Source of the DNA: Azolla caroliniana
Lineage: Eukaryota; Plantae; Polypodiophyta
Length of the DNA stretch: 64,000 bases
Assembly: GCA_043228905.1 (NCBI GenBank)
Contig: JBHGNT010000009.1
Coordinates: 558,001-622,000, forward strand
Direction: 5' to 3'
A program made the translations under genes and the position numbers. The notes beneath the pieces were generated by a model. The model ran no database searches, was not told the DNA's origin, and was given only the letters and a program-made list of their open reading frames with translations. This document shows positions 1-13,890 of the stretch, one piece after another. How positions within the stretch are numbered: position 1 is the stretch's first letter; each line of letters opens with the position of its first letter.

Positions 1-2485
1 CCACACTGTAATATACATTCATTTTCCATCAACTTCAACTCAATGATCAGCAGAAGCTATGAGCTTTTCTTAAAATGTACCAAAACGCATCAGACATTTC
101 TTCCTCTACATCTAATAGGTTTGTTGAAACTATGGACAGTGACCACTTGAGAATGTTGTTTATGATGGTCTATCTACTATTGATGAGGTCCTCAAAAGGT
201 GAAGACTCTCCATACTAACAAGGTCAACGAAACCTTCCAAATACATTACCGTTAATCACTAGACATCCAAAAAAGCATGCATTTTATATGCAGGTGCAGC
301 TGTTCTCATTTCCGATCAAAGACACACGATGGGTCATATTGATCCCCACAATCAATTGCATCTCTATAATAGTTCCAAAAACTCCTCCCAAGAACCACAA
401 TTTGAAGCTGATTTTCTTGATGCCTAGTTTCTTTAGTGTACAAAAGAACAAATCTGAGTTTTGGGCAAATCCAAATCAGATATTTATGTGTAGATTGTAG
501 AGAAACTACTGTAGATTTTCTCGTTTGTAACTTTGCTTAGATAAATCATTCTTACTGCGCTTTTCTATCCTGTAGTGTATGTTATCTTCAGGCATTGCCC
601 AGTTCTTTGAGCACCTGGACTGTAATTCCTTGTTGGAGTCTCATCCATTTTCTGTGCTTACTATCCTATCCCCTCAACCATACCAACACTATAAACCATA
701 TTTTAATTTGTAACAATCAATTTCATTGCCTCTGGAATGAATGTTTCCAATAACATAACATGCAGAATACAGCTTGAACGTTAAGTACTTCAAGAATTTT
801 GTAATTTGTAAGTACCCATATCCATTCAAAGTAACTACATTACTTCAATTTTATTTCTGTACCATTAAAGTGTTATCGTTCATCTTCGGGCAATTATAGG
901 CATTGATACTGCTTGCATTCTACTAGCTAGATCCAAAGGTATTTGAAACAAGCCTAAGTTTAGTGTAATTGCTATTGCAATATCGAAGAATCAGCTTAAA
1001 TTTTTTGGAGCATGTAGTTCAAGACAATTGAAATAATTTTAGAACATCATTTCCAACAACAAATAACTTCAACATGCTTCACTAAGTTCATTGTTACCAG
1101 CAGTTTGAAATAAATTAATGTAGAGTAAGTGAAGCCATAGAAAACGGGTCTCAAGTGATAGGTTTATGTAACATTGATAAAGTTACCAAAGAGGTGTCTA
1201 AAACTATTGACATGTGGGAAGTCATTATGCTAGACATTAGATCCATAGCAATTTGTCGGGGTATTAATGTTTGAGGTGTCACCCATCCTAGTGGTATATA
1301 TATAATGATGTGGTTAATGAATAGTAAAGTTCTCCAAATTGGTATGGCTAGCAAAATCAATTGTTTGAGGCTTCCCCCATCTATCCAAGTTGACTCTAGA
1401 ACCATTGGCATTGCCTTACAACATTCCTCATTGGTGCCAAATTTGTCCTTTTGCATAGAAGCACTACTAAAGCCCAATATGGAACTTACAATAGCTTTTA
1501 AAAAGGGCCCAATATGAGACTTGCAATTTGTGGAAGAACAATGAGATTAAATGGTGTCAAATAACATAAGGATCTTCTATGTAATTTTAAAATCAAAAGA
1601 AAAAACAAGATTGAAAAATTAAACATTTAGCAAAGATATAAAGCTCAAATACAAGAGTTTATGGAGGAATGGGCATTTTTCACAAAAATCCAAATATCCT
1701 TGTATGCATTATGAACTCATAAGCTACGGTTATTTTGTAAAAAACCTGAGCAGTATCTTGAAACACAATGAGCACTTCTACAAAATCTCAATTGGAGATG
1801 ACATCTATGAGGGACCATGGTATAATAAAGACCAATTCTACCAACAAGCATCAAAGAATCTCCTAGCACATTAACTTATTTACATGTTTTAGTTGGCCAA
1901 CAATTAACCTTCAGGAGAATTTGAAAAAATTATAGCATAGTCAATGATTTTGATTTCAACCCATCCTCTTTATTTCTTGGTGACTGTGACTCTGAAATCT
2001 CTAGCGTGAGGCTGGATCACAAAGAAACTCACAATATAGCACCACTTTACGTGTATGAATGTGACTCATAACAAATTCAATTGTTTTGGATCTTCATCTC
2101 TCTCTTTTTTTCATGCTCCTAATAAAAATTTGTAAGCAAACTGGCTCTTTATGAATATTATCCATACGATTGAAGAATGACAAATTGGTAGAATTAACTA
2201 GAAAACAACGAAAATGCTTTGAGTTTCTCAAAGTCGTTGACAAATTCCAATGTGTTGTGTGTTACGATGATGTCATATTTCAATGTGAGCTCAATAATGC
2301 ACCCACTAGCACTAGACTTTATTGAGCCAATTGTCACCATCTAGGCTTGGCATTACTTTCACCTACCTTCGTCTTTATTCCTCCATGCTTCCACACATTG
2401 CATTCACATAGAATCTGTTGCATTCACCACTGAATTAGAGAATTTGTGACATTCATAGGAATCCGAAATGGCTTTTATTCTTGAT

Positions 2486-2610
2486 TGATGTAATGTGTCT
2501 CAACTTTCAAGGTTCTCTTCCATGAAAATAAGTGGGTCTGATTTTATTATAAGTGATGTAATGTGTCTCAACTTTCAAGGTTCTCTTCCAGGAAGACAAG
2601 TGGGTCTCAT
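2486..2610. repeat. Tandem duplication, about 67-bp unit x2
   Basis: TGATGTAATGTGTCTCAACTTTCAAGGTTCTCTTCCA...AAGTGGGTCT occurs twice in succession. Confidence 0.85.
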
Positions 2611-3122
2611 CCTCATCCTACTCTACCCACTCGTCTTTTGAATGTACACCGAATCTATTGTGCTCATCACCAAAGAAATGGAATCTGCTGCACTTATAGA
2701 AAGAAAAATGGCTAGTACTCATCCTCATCCTATGCCGCTGGCTCGCCTATGTATTATCCGAGAGTCATCTTGTTGATACTCGTCCCTATCTTTCCCCGAT
2801 AAATAGTTTAACCTGGTGCAGCTCAAGAGTTCTACGCTCTCATAATAAATTCCAAGCATCCATCTCAAGTACATCGAAAAGGATGCCCAGTTTAACAAAC
2901 TTAGCACACAATTTCCACCTAAGCACAGCCTTTTGGTACACATGGCTTGGTTCAACTTTCCCATCAACAAAGCTAGTTAATTTTCCAAACATCCCATTCA
3001 TGTGGACAATATTGCTCATATGTATATCTTGTTATTCGTAAAATTGGCAAAGGTTTATGACAATGATCACCCATCAAAATTACTGCATGTTGTACAGTGT
3101 AGTTAAAACCACATGCTACTTA

Positions 3123-5227
3123 CTACCATCCTACAAGCAAAAGTTTCAGAAGTGCCATTCGAATGTAAAGGCCATTCTTGGCTTGGCGGAAGTATGCAGC
3201 ACGAGGATCAGCATCCACTTCCACAGTAATCTGGAAACAAGGTTATAAATCTCATTCTCATGTTTAAGAAAAATGAGGCAAAATAGCAGTCAATATGCTA
3301 TACCTCGTCGAGGCGTGGCAGAGGATGCAGAACAACTGCATGTGCCTGTAGTCGACGCATCACATTCATATCAACGATGTACTTTCCACATGCTGCTTCA
3401 TAGAGGTCAGTCCTATCACCAAAACGTTCACGCTGAATGCGGGTTTGATAGACAACATCACAGTTTGATGCAACTTCTAATAGATCTCGTGACTCTTCCC
3501 ATTCAATCTTCTTTGAATTGAGATACTCCTTTATGTCATCCTGCACACCGAATCCAGCACAGTTTCAATTACATAAAGCTCCTCTATAATGATGTGATTT
3601 CATTCCCGAATTTCAATTAGGGGCATAGTTTCTATGAATTTATAAATCATGGATTTGATGCCTTGTTGTCATCAACTACGCTACAATTCCATGAAGGTTA
3701 TAGTGTACACAATTCATGCATTCCGCAGATACCAATCCATGCATGGAAATAAATCAGATCAAAATTACATACATGTAATCAAAATCTTCTAAAAATAATA
3801 ATGTAAAGTAGAGCATCTAACAAAGCAATAGTAGAAGGTGAATATCAAAGAATTTATTATTAAGTGAGGAAGAGGTGATAAATTCATGTTCTCAAGAGAA
3901 TGGCAATACTACCCATGGGACCCTAACAAAAACAGTACATGATAATCTCATCTACTCAAATGAAAGGAATACATGCATAACTATGCTAGAGCGACTAACA
4001 GAAAGTGAGGGCAAGGAGTGGAATAGACTATATTGAAGGTATTGGTGGCGTGTGCAGCTGGATTTCTTTAGCGTGAAGATTTCTTTGTGTAGCTATCTAT
4101 CCCATTCAAATGCATAGGGACAAATATACAAGCCACATATTGAGAGGGAGTAAAAGAAATATACCTTCATCTTGACCACATCAGGGGCCACAAAGTATAG
4201 TTTTACATTTTCATACTTTGCTAGCAAGTATGCCAATGACCTGACAGTACGGCCATTAGCAAGATCACCAACGAGACCTACTTTTATGTTATCCAGTCGC
4301 CCAATTTCTCGTTGGATGGTATAAACATCAAGAAGTGCCTGCCCACCAAAACGTAGGATGGTAAAGCAGTCAAGAATATGAAATTGAAACATTCCCAGAC
4401 AATTCAATACACATTCTGTTCCTTTTACCTGAGTGGGATGTTGGCCAGGCCCATCGCCAGCATTGATTACAGGTATTGTGGCAGTAGCAGCAGCCTTCTT
4501 CGCAGCTCCATTCTCAAAATGCCTTAACACAATGATATCTGAATATCCTTCCACAGTCCTTATGGTATCTATAGAACACTACAACAGTAGTTAGATCTCG
4601 ATATCGGCATACATAAACCAAAGAGACATTGTTTTTCTAGAGAGAATTTGGTAGATTTAGCATCCTGCACATGAGTATTTCTATAAGCTTAAACAAGCTT
4701 AAAGTGTAAGCAATAACTACTCTACTTAAAAGATAAATACCTTCGAGTGTCTCTCCTTTGGCAGCAGAAGAGAACTCTCGGGCATTTTCAGTGGTGAGGA
4801 CTTCACCGCCGAGCCTCTTCATGGCAGACTCAAAAGAGAGGCGAGTACGGGTAGAGGGCTCATAGAAGAGCGTGGCCATGAGGTAGCCTTTCAGGACATC
4901 CCTGCTTCTTTCCGTGTCCTCCATGAGGCGTGCGACGTCGAAGATTCGGCTCAGCAGCTCACGATCGAACTGCTGGGCTTCGATGACATCGTCGAGAGGG
5001 AAGCGATGGATGGAAGGGGGAGCGATGGAGGAGGAGGAGGAGGAGGAGAAGCAGAAGATTCCTTTGGGCTGTGGCTGCTGTTGGGCATGAAGGACACCCA
5101 CCCTGCGGAGGGACTTGGTGCTTGCTGCGACGCCATAGACGCTGCTGTGGTTGCCATTGTCGCTGTATATGGAGGAGGAGGAAGGAGCGGCTAGGAGGGA
5201 CTGCTGCGGCTGCACCGCCATCGCCAT
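3123..5227 (-). CDS. PYRB: Aspartate carbamoyltransferase (ATCase), plastid-targeted. Exons 5227-4741, 4568-4429, 4338-4165, 3540-3304, 3230-3123
   Basis: Hallmark motifs [53 protein letters not shown] and C-terminal [16 protein letters not shown]. All four introns are GT-AG and keep the frame. The Ser-rich N-terminus fits a transit peptide. Confidence 0.97.
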
Positions 5228-5277
5228 GGCTCCTCTGTTTACTGATATTTGCCCCTGCCCCTGCCCTGCCCCTGCTA

Positions 5278-5322
5278 TATGTATGTATGTATCATTTATG
5301 TATGTATGTATGTATGTATGTA

Positions 5323-5355
<33 letters not shown>

Positions 5356-5434
5356 ATGTATGTATGTATGTATGTATGTATGTATGTATGTATGTATGTA
5401 TGTATGTATGTATGTATGTATGTATGTATATGTA

Positions 5435-5465
<31 letters not shown>

Positions 5466-5550
5466 ATGTATGTATGTATGTATGTATGTATGTATGTATG
5501 TATGTATGTATGTATGTGCGTATGTGTGTATGTATGTACGATATGTATGT
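5278..5550. repeat. Compound (TATG)n/(TG)n microsatellite about 50 bp upstream of the PYRB start codon
   Basis: Long TATG run interrupted by TG runs, read directly. Confidence 0.97.
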
Positions 5551-5730
5551 ATAGGGACAAAGAGGTGTTGACAAACCCAAATTTGTCTACTTCATACAAG
5601 TGAGTGAGTGACTTTTTGTTTTATGTATGTATGTATGTACCTACGATATGTATGTATAGGGAGAAAAGAGGTGTTATGTTGACAACCCCAAATTTGTCTA
5701 CTTCATACAATTGAATGAGTGACCTTTCGT
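5530..5730. repeat. About 100-bp direct duplication next to the microsatellite
   Basis: TACGATATGTATGTATAGGG...CCCAAATTTGTCTACTTCATACAA..GAGTGAC occurs twice. Confidence 0.85.
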
Positions 5731-8245
5731 TTACTTACTACTGACACACAAACACGGAACGTTGTACCCATACCTCCCCTCCCTGTCCTCTGATCAATCA
5801 TCAGAAATTTCCCGCACCTGAGGCCATGCTACACCACATTTGCACGAAACGCTTCATATATTTTACATATCCTCCATGAATTGTGACACAAAGATTCCGA
5901 ACACAATATAAGGAAAAACGTGGGAACCCTGCTTTTTTCTTTGATTGTTTGCAAACATTTTACCACTCATGTACTGCCATCCCCTAGGATGGAATTCTCA
6001 GTTGTACTTCAGTTGGTTTGAGGTGGAACCAACTTGGGGGGATTCACAATCAATCCAAAACGGAATTTGACACTCTCCCACTAGTGGGATGAAGAAAAAC
6101 TAAAGAAACCTTTCAATACAAAGCATCATAGTTGATGTGTGGCCATGGCCCACCAAGTCCAAAGTTGAGAGTTTTGAAGATTTTGATTCTCGACGAGGAT
6201 AAAAGGCTTATGTGCATTTGATTAAACAATAAATTTTTGAATTGTATTTAGCATAGGCAACAAATAGTGTCACCTCTACAAGCTTCGTAGAGTGTGCAAA
6301 GTTATCCAAAAACTTTGACTCATAAATAGTTCAATGAGCCAACATGTGACAAGTTGTATACATTGAGTGCAAACTTGAATGAGCAATGCGGAACAATTAA
6401 AAGTATCCAATTGAGAAAAGCAAGTTAGCGATCCTCATGGCTAGAGCCTAGAAGGATGCCTTGGTTTTCACCTAACTCTTAACGCAACCTTCCCTGATGG
6501 GCCCTAATAATTTAGTTTGTGTTGATAACCACATGTTTTTTATACACCTCCATTTAAAATAATGATTGCAAGGGTTGGAGTATAAAGGTACAATACAATT
6601 TAAATATCTTATAGTCTATTGGCTAGTTTTTGGTCCATAAGAAAGATGAAGGATAATACATCGTGGGCCGTGGCAAAGTAAAATGGTTCTCTACCAAATT
6701 GCATGATGATTTGCAAAATTTCCAAAAGATGTGAGTATGTTGGTATTTTGAAAATTTGTTGAAAAACCTATTCAATATATTTTGAGTGCAAATACAATGT
6801 TCACAATTACTAACCATTTAAGTAATAATGATCTTTCTTTTGTGTTGGGTGATTTGAATTCACACAAATTTGAAATAATAAAGTTCACTTATTCCATTGC
6901 ATTGTAGACCACAATAAAACATTTGTGTTGGAAACCTACATTGGTGCTTTTGCAACAATGGTCATATTATTCCAATATGGGAGATCCGTTACATTTGAGC
7001 AAGAGTTGTTCCGTCTAGTTCCAACTTTTAACAATATAGTGTCATTAATTGTAAGGTGCCCTGGAAATCGTATCTCAACGTGACTATTTGGTGGTTTGTG
7101 AATAAATAAATAAAATACTTGAAGGGCTAAAGGGATCACCTTGTCAAGTAGAAATCCTTCACAAGTTTAATTGTAATCATAAAGTTATCAACAAGGTTGA
7201 TATAAAATAGTTGTAAATACCCTATGGATATACTCAATATCCACATTTTTGGCGTTTATGGATAGGATATAAGGATGGATTTATTGGTTGGGTTATGCGG
7301 GAGATGTGAGAATGAATCCATGTAATAAACATCCTGGAAACTGGCAAAGAGAATATAGGGATCTACATTGCGTTGAATGATTGCAAGAGTAGTGTATTGA
7401 ATCAATATTCATCCATTACTCTCGACAAATTACGATAGGGGAGGAGTACATATTCCATTGAAAACGTGTTACTTTGTAAATGAGTATAGCATGTCTCTCT
7501 AGATCATGAAAGTAGGTACTAGGCAATGGGCATCTTATCTTTCAAGAGTGGTATGATGATAGCAAGTAGCACAAGGTATTTCGAGATGCGTAATACGTAT
7601 GTCCATGGGTGTTGTCAATTCTAGTAATGTGTGCCATTTGATAGCAAGAGAATAATGGAGTACAAAAGTCATTGCATGTATGGACCTCCTTTGTTGAGTA
7701 ATGCTTCATAAATAAATCGTTTGCATCCATATGGATCATGACATTAGACATATTATCCTTCTGGGTGGCATCATAGCAATAGTACAAAACTCGAGATACA
7801 TAATATGTATGTCCATGTGTCATCAATTTTAATAGTTTATGACATTTTATTGTTAATGAATAAGAGAATGCAAAATATTCATTTAATGCTTATGCCTCCT
7901 TTGTTCAGTATGTAGGTACAAATGGGAGCACCATCAACTATCGTGATAGTCACGTAAAATATCCAACTTGCTCAACCAATTTGATTGAAACATTGCAATT
8001 CCTTATTGAAACCTTCCAATGGAAGACAATAAGCTTACGAAGGAAGCTCCCTAGTATGTTCAATGCTACCAATGCATAAATAAATAAAAGCTTAAAGGTA
8101 ACGATGGATTAAGGATGCTTTACACAGTAGTCATCCTCAAGCAAAGGATGAGATGAATATGAAACCATGTTGGCATCCCATACCACAAAACATGGCATTG
8201 TATTATGTTATGAAAGGTAATAAAAGACAAAGTTTATTCTTATCT

Positions 8246-9721
8246 ACAGGTGGCAATTGGAAAGATAGTATAAGATGGTGGTTTTTAAGAGATTTTAACC
8301 ATTCCATTGATATTTTTCGCCATCATAAGTTTTTTAGGGGCATGGTGGGATTTGAAACATAACTTAGTCCAATCTCTACCATCATGTACGGAGGAATGGT
8401 TGCGCCAACCCCTCATATTGAACCCACTATTTACATAAGAAGAGGGGGTAATGTTAGGGAAGAGAACTATGTTGAATTGGGCTGACTCCTCCCCTATCAT
8501 AAATGGATAGAGTCTTTACGATATCTTCCTTTTAGTCTTCTCAAACTAGTCTATTTTGGTATAGTATGTTTTCATCCCTACATGTCTTGTTGGGGGTTAG
8601 GGGTTATAAAAACTCTCATGAATGCCTTTACTTCGATGTTTTGCCTTCTAGACGACTTCATTCTCTCATTGCGGGAGATGAAATTGTAACTCGTGGGAAT
8701 GTGTTGCCTATTCGTATATTGTGGAAGAAAGATAAAAAATGGATATTGAACCCACATCCAAATGATGTAAACAATCTCTTTGATTTATGCCCATTGATCG
8801 CCTTTTGTGGGATCCTGGTGAGTGGAAATGGCAAATCATTCAAGGCAATGAATGTTAGGTAAGCAAATCCCATTTTTTCAGTATTCAGTAAAAATGGGTA
8901 GAGAAATGCTAAGGAGAGGAGTGAGTGTTACTCCAACAGCTTGTAAATTTTGGAGATTTGGTAATGTAACAGACTCTTGATTGAATGTGGGGACATTGCC
9001 ATGATTTAAAATGTGACAGTTGTGGTTCTCCCATTGAATCGGTTTATCATGCTTTATGGATATGTCCTATTGTTAGAGCAGTTTGGAAAAGAATGTTGAG
9101 AATGTTGTATCCTATTTATGGTAAGCAAGTGTACACATGGGGTTTTGTGAGATGAGGAAGATTGGCAAAAGAAATTCAGAACTATGAAAAGGAGTATGGT
9201 GATTTTCTTCTCCTCTCCGATGGAAGACATGTATTGGAGGTCTTTGATACTGCAACAATCTGTTGTTTGGAAGAGGATAAGGTCTTGTCTACCATATATT
9301 CTCTAGTAGTTTGGGTATTGTGGAAGGCTAGATGTAAATGTGTATTTCAGAAAGTTAAACCGAATGTGGTTGAGCTAGTCAGAGAGATATGGTTAATACT
9401 TTTACATATTTTAAGAGGTCAATGTGATGCAATAACTGGTGAGCCAGAGGTTGTGATTTGTAAACAACAATAGTTTTGACAAATTTGGAAAAAGGTAGAG
9501 AGGTCTTCACCTCTTTTGGAGAAAGAATAAAGTGGATATATGCTCCGCCAATATTGCTTTTTCCACCCCCCGTCTTGGAACAACCCTACATGAGGACATT
9601 TGATACTTGACATGTTGGTTGATGTGGATATGAGGGTTGTAATATATTGTATGAATTCGTAGTAGCCTTTCAGCATCTTTCCATTAATACCAAGGCGAAC
9701 CTTCTTTTAAAATAAAACAAA
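8246..9721 (+). mobile_element. 5'-truncated, decayed L1-like LINE (zf-RVT C-terminus) with a 17-bp TSD
   Basis: AAAGTTTATTCTTATCT is duplicated at 8229-8245 and 9722-9738. An A-rich tail precedes the right copy. Translation includes CDSCGSPIESVYHALWICP (CCHC zf-RVT) and WVLWKARCKCVFQ. Confidence 0.85.
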
Positions 9722-10434
9722 AAAGTTTATTCTTATCTCAAGATTGCTTTCTTGTAATGGAGTATAATGTAATCTGAGTGTTTTTCCTTAACCTTAACCT
9801 CTTTTTGCTCTTAGATAACAACTATCGTGAGATATATTCATAAATAGAGTCTTAACAGCACAATTAAGATGTTGTTTCTGATGGGGTAGCAGGTTGCTAT
9901 ATTGCCACACCACCTAGACTCTTATGGTTTTGTCTCGAGTCTAGAGTAACCGAAATCCCACTTATGTTGTGCTCAAATCCAATGGAAGCACCACTTGGGA
10001 TTGGATCATTGCTAACATACTACTTGTTTTGAAAACATTGCACTCTTACAATGACAAATCAATGATAAACAATCAATTCTAAAGGCTAAATTCAATGGAT
10101 TTAAGGGTAGGATAAGTGGAAACCTAATTATTATTAAGCGTTGGTTGTACATGTAATCATTGTCATGTGTACCATAAGCAAGAAGGTTAACATGTTTTTA
10201 TTCTTAGGTAGTATAATCATAGATAAGTGGAAATTTACTCAATGATTAGTGTTAATGGCAATGATTTTAGGAATAGATCAACAATCAAGCCTATTTGTGT
10301 CATTGACAATATGATAGATGTTGATTCATCCTCATCCAATGATGGTGAAGAGAGAACTTCATCGAGAAAGAAGTGTGCTTCGGAAGTACTCTCGAGAGCA
10401 TCGCATAGTGTTCCATGGACTTGGGACAACTAAA

Positions 10435-10630
10435 CTAGGACTTGAATATATGGGAACACATGGCTTATTGGGAGCATGAGAACTCGGGCTACATAAAGAG
10501 AGAACATGTTCCTTTTAGTATGACATATTTGAGACCTCGTCAAGACAATGACTTGGTGGGTACCTAGTTCTCTATACAGGTGAAGTCGTTAGGCTTTTAG
10601 AATGCCACATGTTCCCCATACGTCCTAGGT
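10435..10630. repeat. Degenerate inverted repeat, possible MITE relic
   Basis: CTAGGAC..TATGGGAACACATGGC on the left is an imperfect reverse complement of GCCACATGTTCCCCATACGTCCTAG on the right. Confidence 0.4.
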
Positions 10631-10989
10631 CCTTATAGGTTTGTCATGAGCCCTAATTTAACTAGATTTCTACTTATCCTATCAAATTGAAGGTTTTATT
10701 TGCATTAATAATGTTTCCATTTATATTTGAAATTTTATTTTGTCATATAATATCACCATAATACTAGATGTGGGAGAATATCTAATCCAATTTTAGAGTT
10801 TCATAAACCCCACAATCATAATCGTGAATGCAACTTTAACATCTATTAAAAGTGTTATATTGCAAGGAACATTGACATTTATTTAATGATAGATCATAGA
10901 AGGCAAGAAAGTTTTAGGCGTAAATTTTTGGTCTTTTATGTTTTAATAGAATCTTGTACTTTTTATTTTTTTTCATAAAAATATCCTCC

Positions 10990-12995
10990 ATTGGTATTAA
11001 AGAGTCCACTATTACAATGAATATTGCATGTGAATGTGGTTGCATCAGGTTTTAGACCTGATTTCAACATACGTTTGGTTTAACATTGGACAACCATATA
11101 TCCATCATGGTTTATTCCAAACCCTTTTACCATTGCATTCCAAGATGCAATGTCCCTTGCAAGCTGCACAACATTTTGCATACAAGTCGACCAAACTGCT
11201 TCCAACAAAATGATCTTTTTCATATCCTTTCAGAAAGATTTCAGTATGTATTTTTTACCTTCATTGAGAGCATAAATGCTACTACATGCTTTTAAGATAG
11301 CAACATATATGCCACAGTCCACATGTATCTTTTCTAAATATATTTTTTCTATACGGTTTCCTACATGTGTATTATATCCACAAACGAAGAGTCCAATAAT
11401 TAGTGCATTCCATGAGATGCCATCATGTTTAGACTTATAAAAAACCATGCATGCATCTAGAAGATACTTGCATTTAGCATACATGTCAACCATCGTTCTC
11501 ATATCCCGCTAATAAGATCTGGATATGTATATTTTGTCTAATAATAGTAAACCTATCATTCTCATTCCCGCCAATAAGATATGGATATGTATATTTTGTC
11601 CAATAATAATTGACTTCAAATTGTCACGAGCTCTCACTATACATACCAATGTGATAACATTAGGAAATAAACCATCTAATTGAATCTGTGTAAAACAACG
11701 TAGCACTTTGTTATTTGTCCCAATCTCGGCATATCCTAAAAGCAATGTGTTCCACAAGACTAGATCTCAATTTGGCAAATGAATCAAAAATATATTGTGC
11801 CTCTTATGAAATCTCCATGTGTAATTTTCAGCTTTTTGGCAAGGTTTTCAAGGTGATGCAAGATTTTAGGACACTTGCATATATGACAGAATTTGGAGGA
11901 ACATTGTCTACTATCATTTCATCAACCATTTCAAGAGCATTATCATTATAACAATGTAAACCACCTACTGAAATCAAAATAGTCCATGATACTATGTCCC
12001 GAGATTGAAGTTTGCCAAAAACTTCATGTGCCTCTACGACTGCGGCACATTTACCATACGTGTACAATAACATACTATCCAAAACCTCATCATTTTCAAA
12101 CCCTTTGTATGTTATTTTAGTGTGAATTTGTTTTTAGTGTTTTTTTTTTTTCTCTCTTTCAATCAAAGAGTTTCCCACAAGCATCTTTCCATCAAACCCT
12201 TTATCAAACCACATTTGATGTACATATCAATCAAAAAGTTTCCCACAAACACATTTCCATCAAACCCAACTTCGATGGCCTTTGCATGTAGATATTGCCC
12301 CTTGAGAATGTTTGCTTTGCTCCCACAAGCATGTCTTCACAAAACCTAATCTCCACATAACCCTGATCTTGCATAAGCTGAACATAATTCAATCTTTCCT
12401 TATCTTGGCCATTCTCTACATAACCTCTAATGAGTGAGGTCCAAAGCACCGCATTTGAAAGCCTAAGGTTATCAAAAACCTCTTTCTTTTCAACCTCTTG
12501 TTTAAAACTGTCCAACACTTTATGGCCTCGACCCTATTTAGCATACTCACCAATAAGTGCATTCTAACAAACTATATCTCAAATAGGAAGCTCTTGAAAC
12601 ACTTTCCAAGACTGTACAAACTCTCCACATTTGGCATACATATTCACTATCTACGATACCTTCTATGCTACCACAAGATTTCAAGATGTAAATCAAAGTT
12701 ACCACATTTGGAGAGAGGCCCTCTTTTTGTATTATTGCAAAGCAATTGAACACTTCATAAACCTTTACCTGGTCAACATATCCTAAAATTACAATATTCC
12801 ATGAAGCCCTATCTTGGTTAGGAAGCTCTAGTAGCCCTTTCTGTGCTTCTTACCACATTTTGCATACATCCATGCTAAACTACTTCCAAGATGGGTATTC
12901 TTTGTTGGAAAACCTCTTTGTAGAATATGAGCATGGACCTTGATATCTTCTCGAAGGTTTCTTCTTGGCCCAAGCCTTGAGATTGCACAGAATCT
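10990..12995 (-). pseudogene. Intronless PLS-class pentatricopeptide repeat (PPR) pseudogene
   Basis: Successive PPR motifs (SSLAWMYAKCG, PNVVTLIYILKSCG, VLWTSLIRGY, DIVSWTILI, WNTLLLGY, VDMYAKC..WNALI) are spread over several frames with stops and frameshifts. Confidence 0.9.
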
Positions 12996-12999
12996 TAGT

Positions 13000-13890
13000 T
13001 TTTTCGTTCTTTTCAATTGCTCATAGATTGCCATTGGCATACATAACTCCCAAGGTAGTGCCAAGAACAATTATACATAGCCACATGCTTCATATCGATG
13101 GAGGAAATACCTAGTGAGGTGGCCGATACCTCCAACGTATACAACAATTAACGATGTAGAAAACATTCATCCTTTCCCATCTCTTCTTAAAAACCTCTTT
13201 CTTTCAAATGACTACATTTGAATCACGGTCCTTGATAGCATCATATTCTCCTTTTAGTGTATGCACCAAGGTCAACCAAATCTCCTTGACTACATCCACA
13301 ACATTCCATTGAATTTGTTGAAATATCCTTCGACATCTAATAGTCCACAATAAAAACCCATAATGTTATGGAACTAATTGTTTCCCAAATCATCCCATTC
13401 TCTACTGAATTAATAGGCATACACTTCGGCACTTCCTCAACATATCGACCTCTTGTATCTAATGCAAATGTAACCTTCTCTTGTTCATAATCTTGTACCT
13501 CACCCTTAATTTGCAACCCACATCATTGCTCCCTATTTATATACTCTAGAGTCATATACCTTGTGCAATAGACGTAATATCCTTTTCCAAACCAATTTAG
13601 CAACCACACAATGAATACATTACTAGAATAGGTGATGAATAGACTCTATCTCTAACCCACAAAAATCACACATCTTATCCATGTCCTTACAATGCATCCA
13701 AACCCTAACAGGAACCACATGATGAACAATCAACCATCTAAATAGAATAATCTTCTTTGGAATTTGCATAACCCATGGCCATTTCCAAAATGTTGGCGTA
13801 CGAGTAGGATAAACATTATAACTCAACCATGTTGTAGCTATTGTTGGCCAATGAGGTACCCTATGTCATAACATCTCCCTTCCCAATCGA
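13000..13890 (-). mobile_element. Decayed L1-like LINE 3' fragment (zf-RVT plus C-terminal domain and A-rich tail)
   Basis: IPKKIILFRWLIVH..CDFCGLEIESIHHLF, then LWTIRCRRIFQ..EIWLTLVHTLKGEYDAI. A-rich tail near 13000-13020 on the minus strand. No TSD found. Confidence 0.8.

Noticed and set aside
1-2300. Possible decayed transposon coding sequence
   Set aside because: It looks like eroded coding DNA, but I could not identify any diagnostic motif.
5071-5603. ORFs with HTYI/MYVC repeats and the long N-terminal extension of the PYRB ORF
   Set aside because: These are stop-free translations of the (TATG)n microsatellite. The real start is the ATG at 5227.
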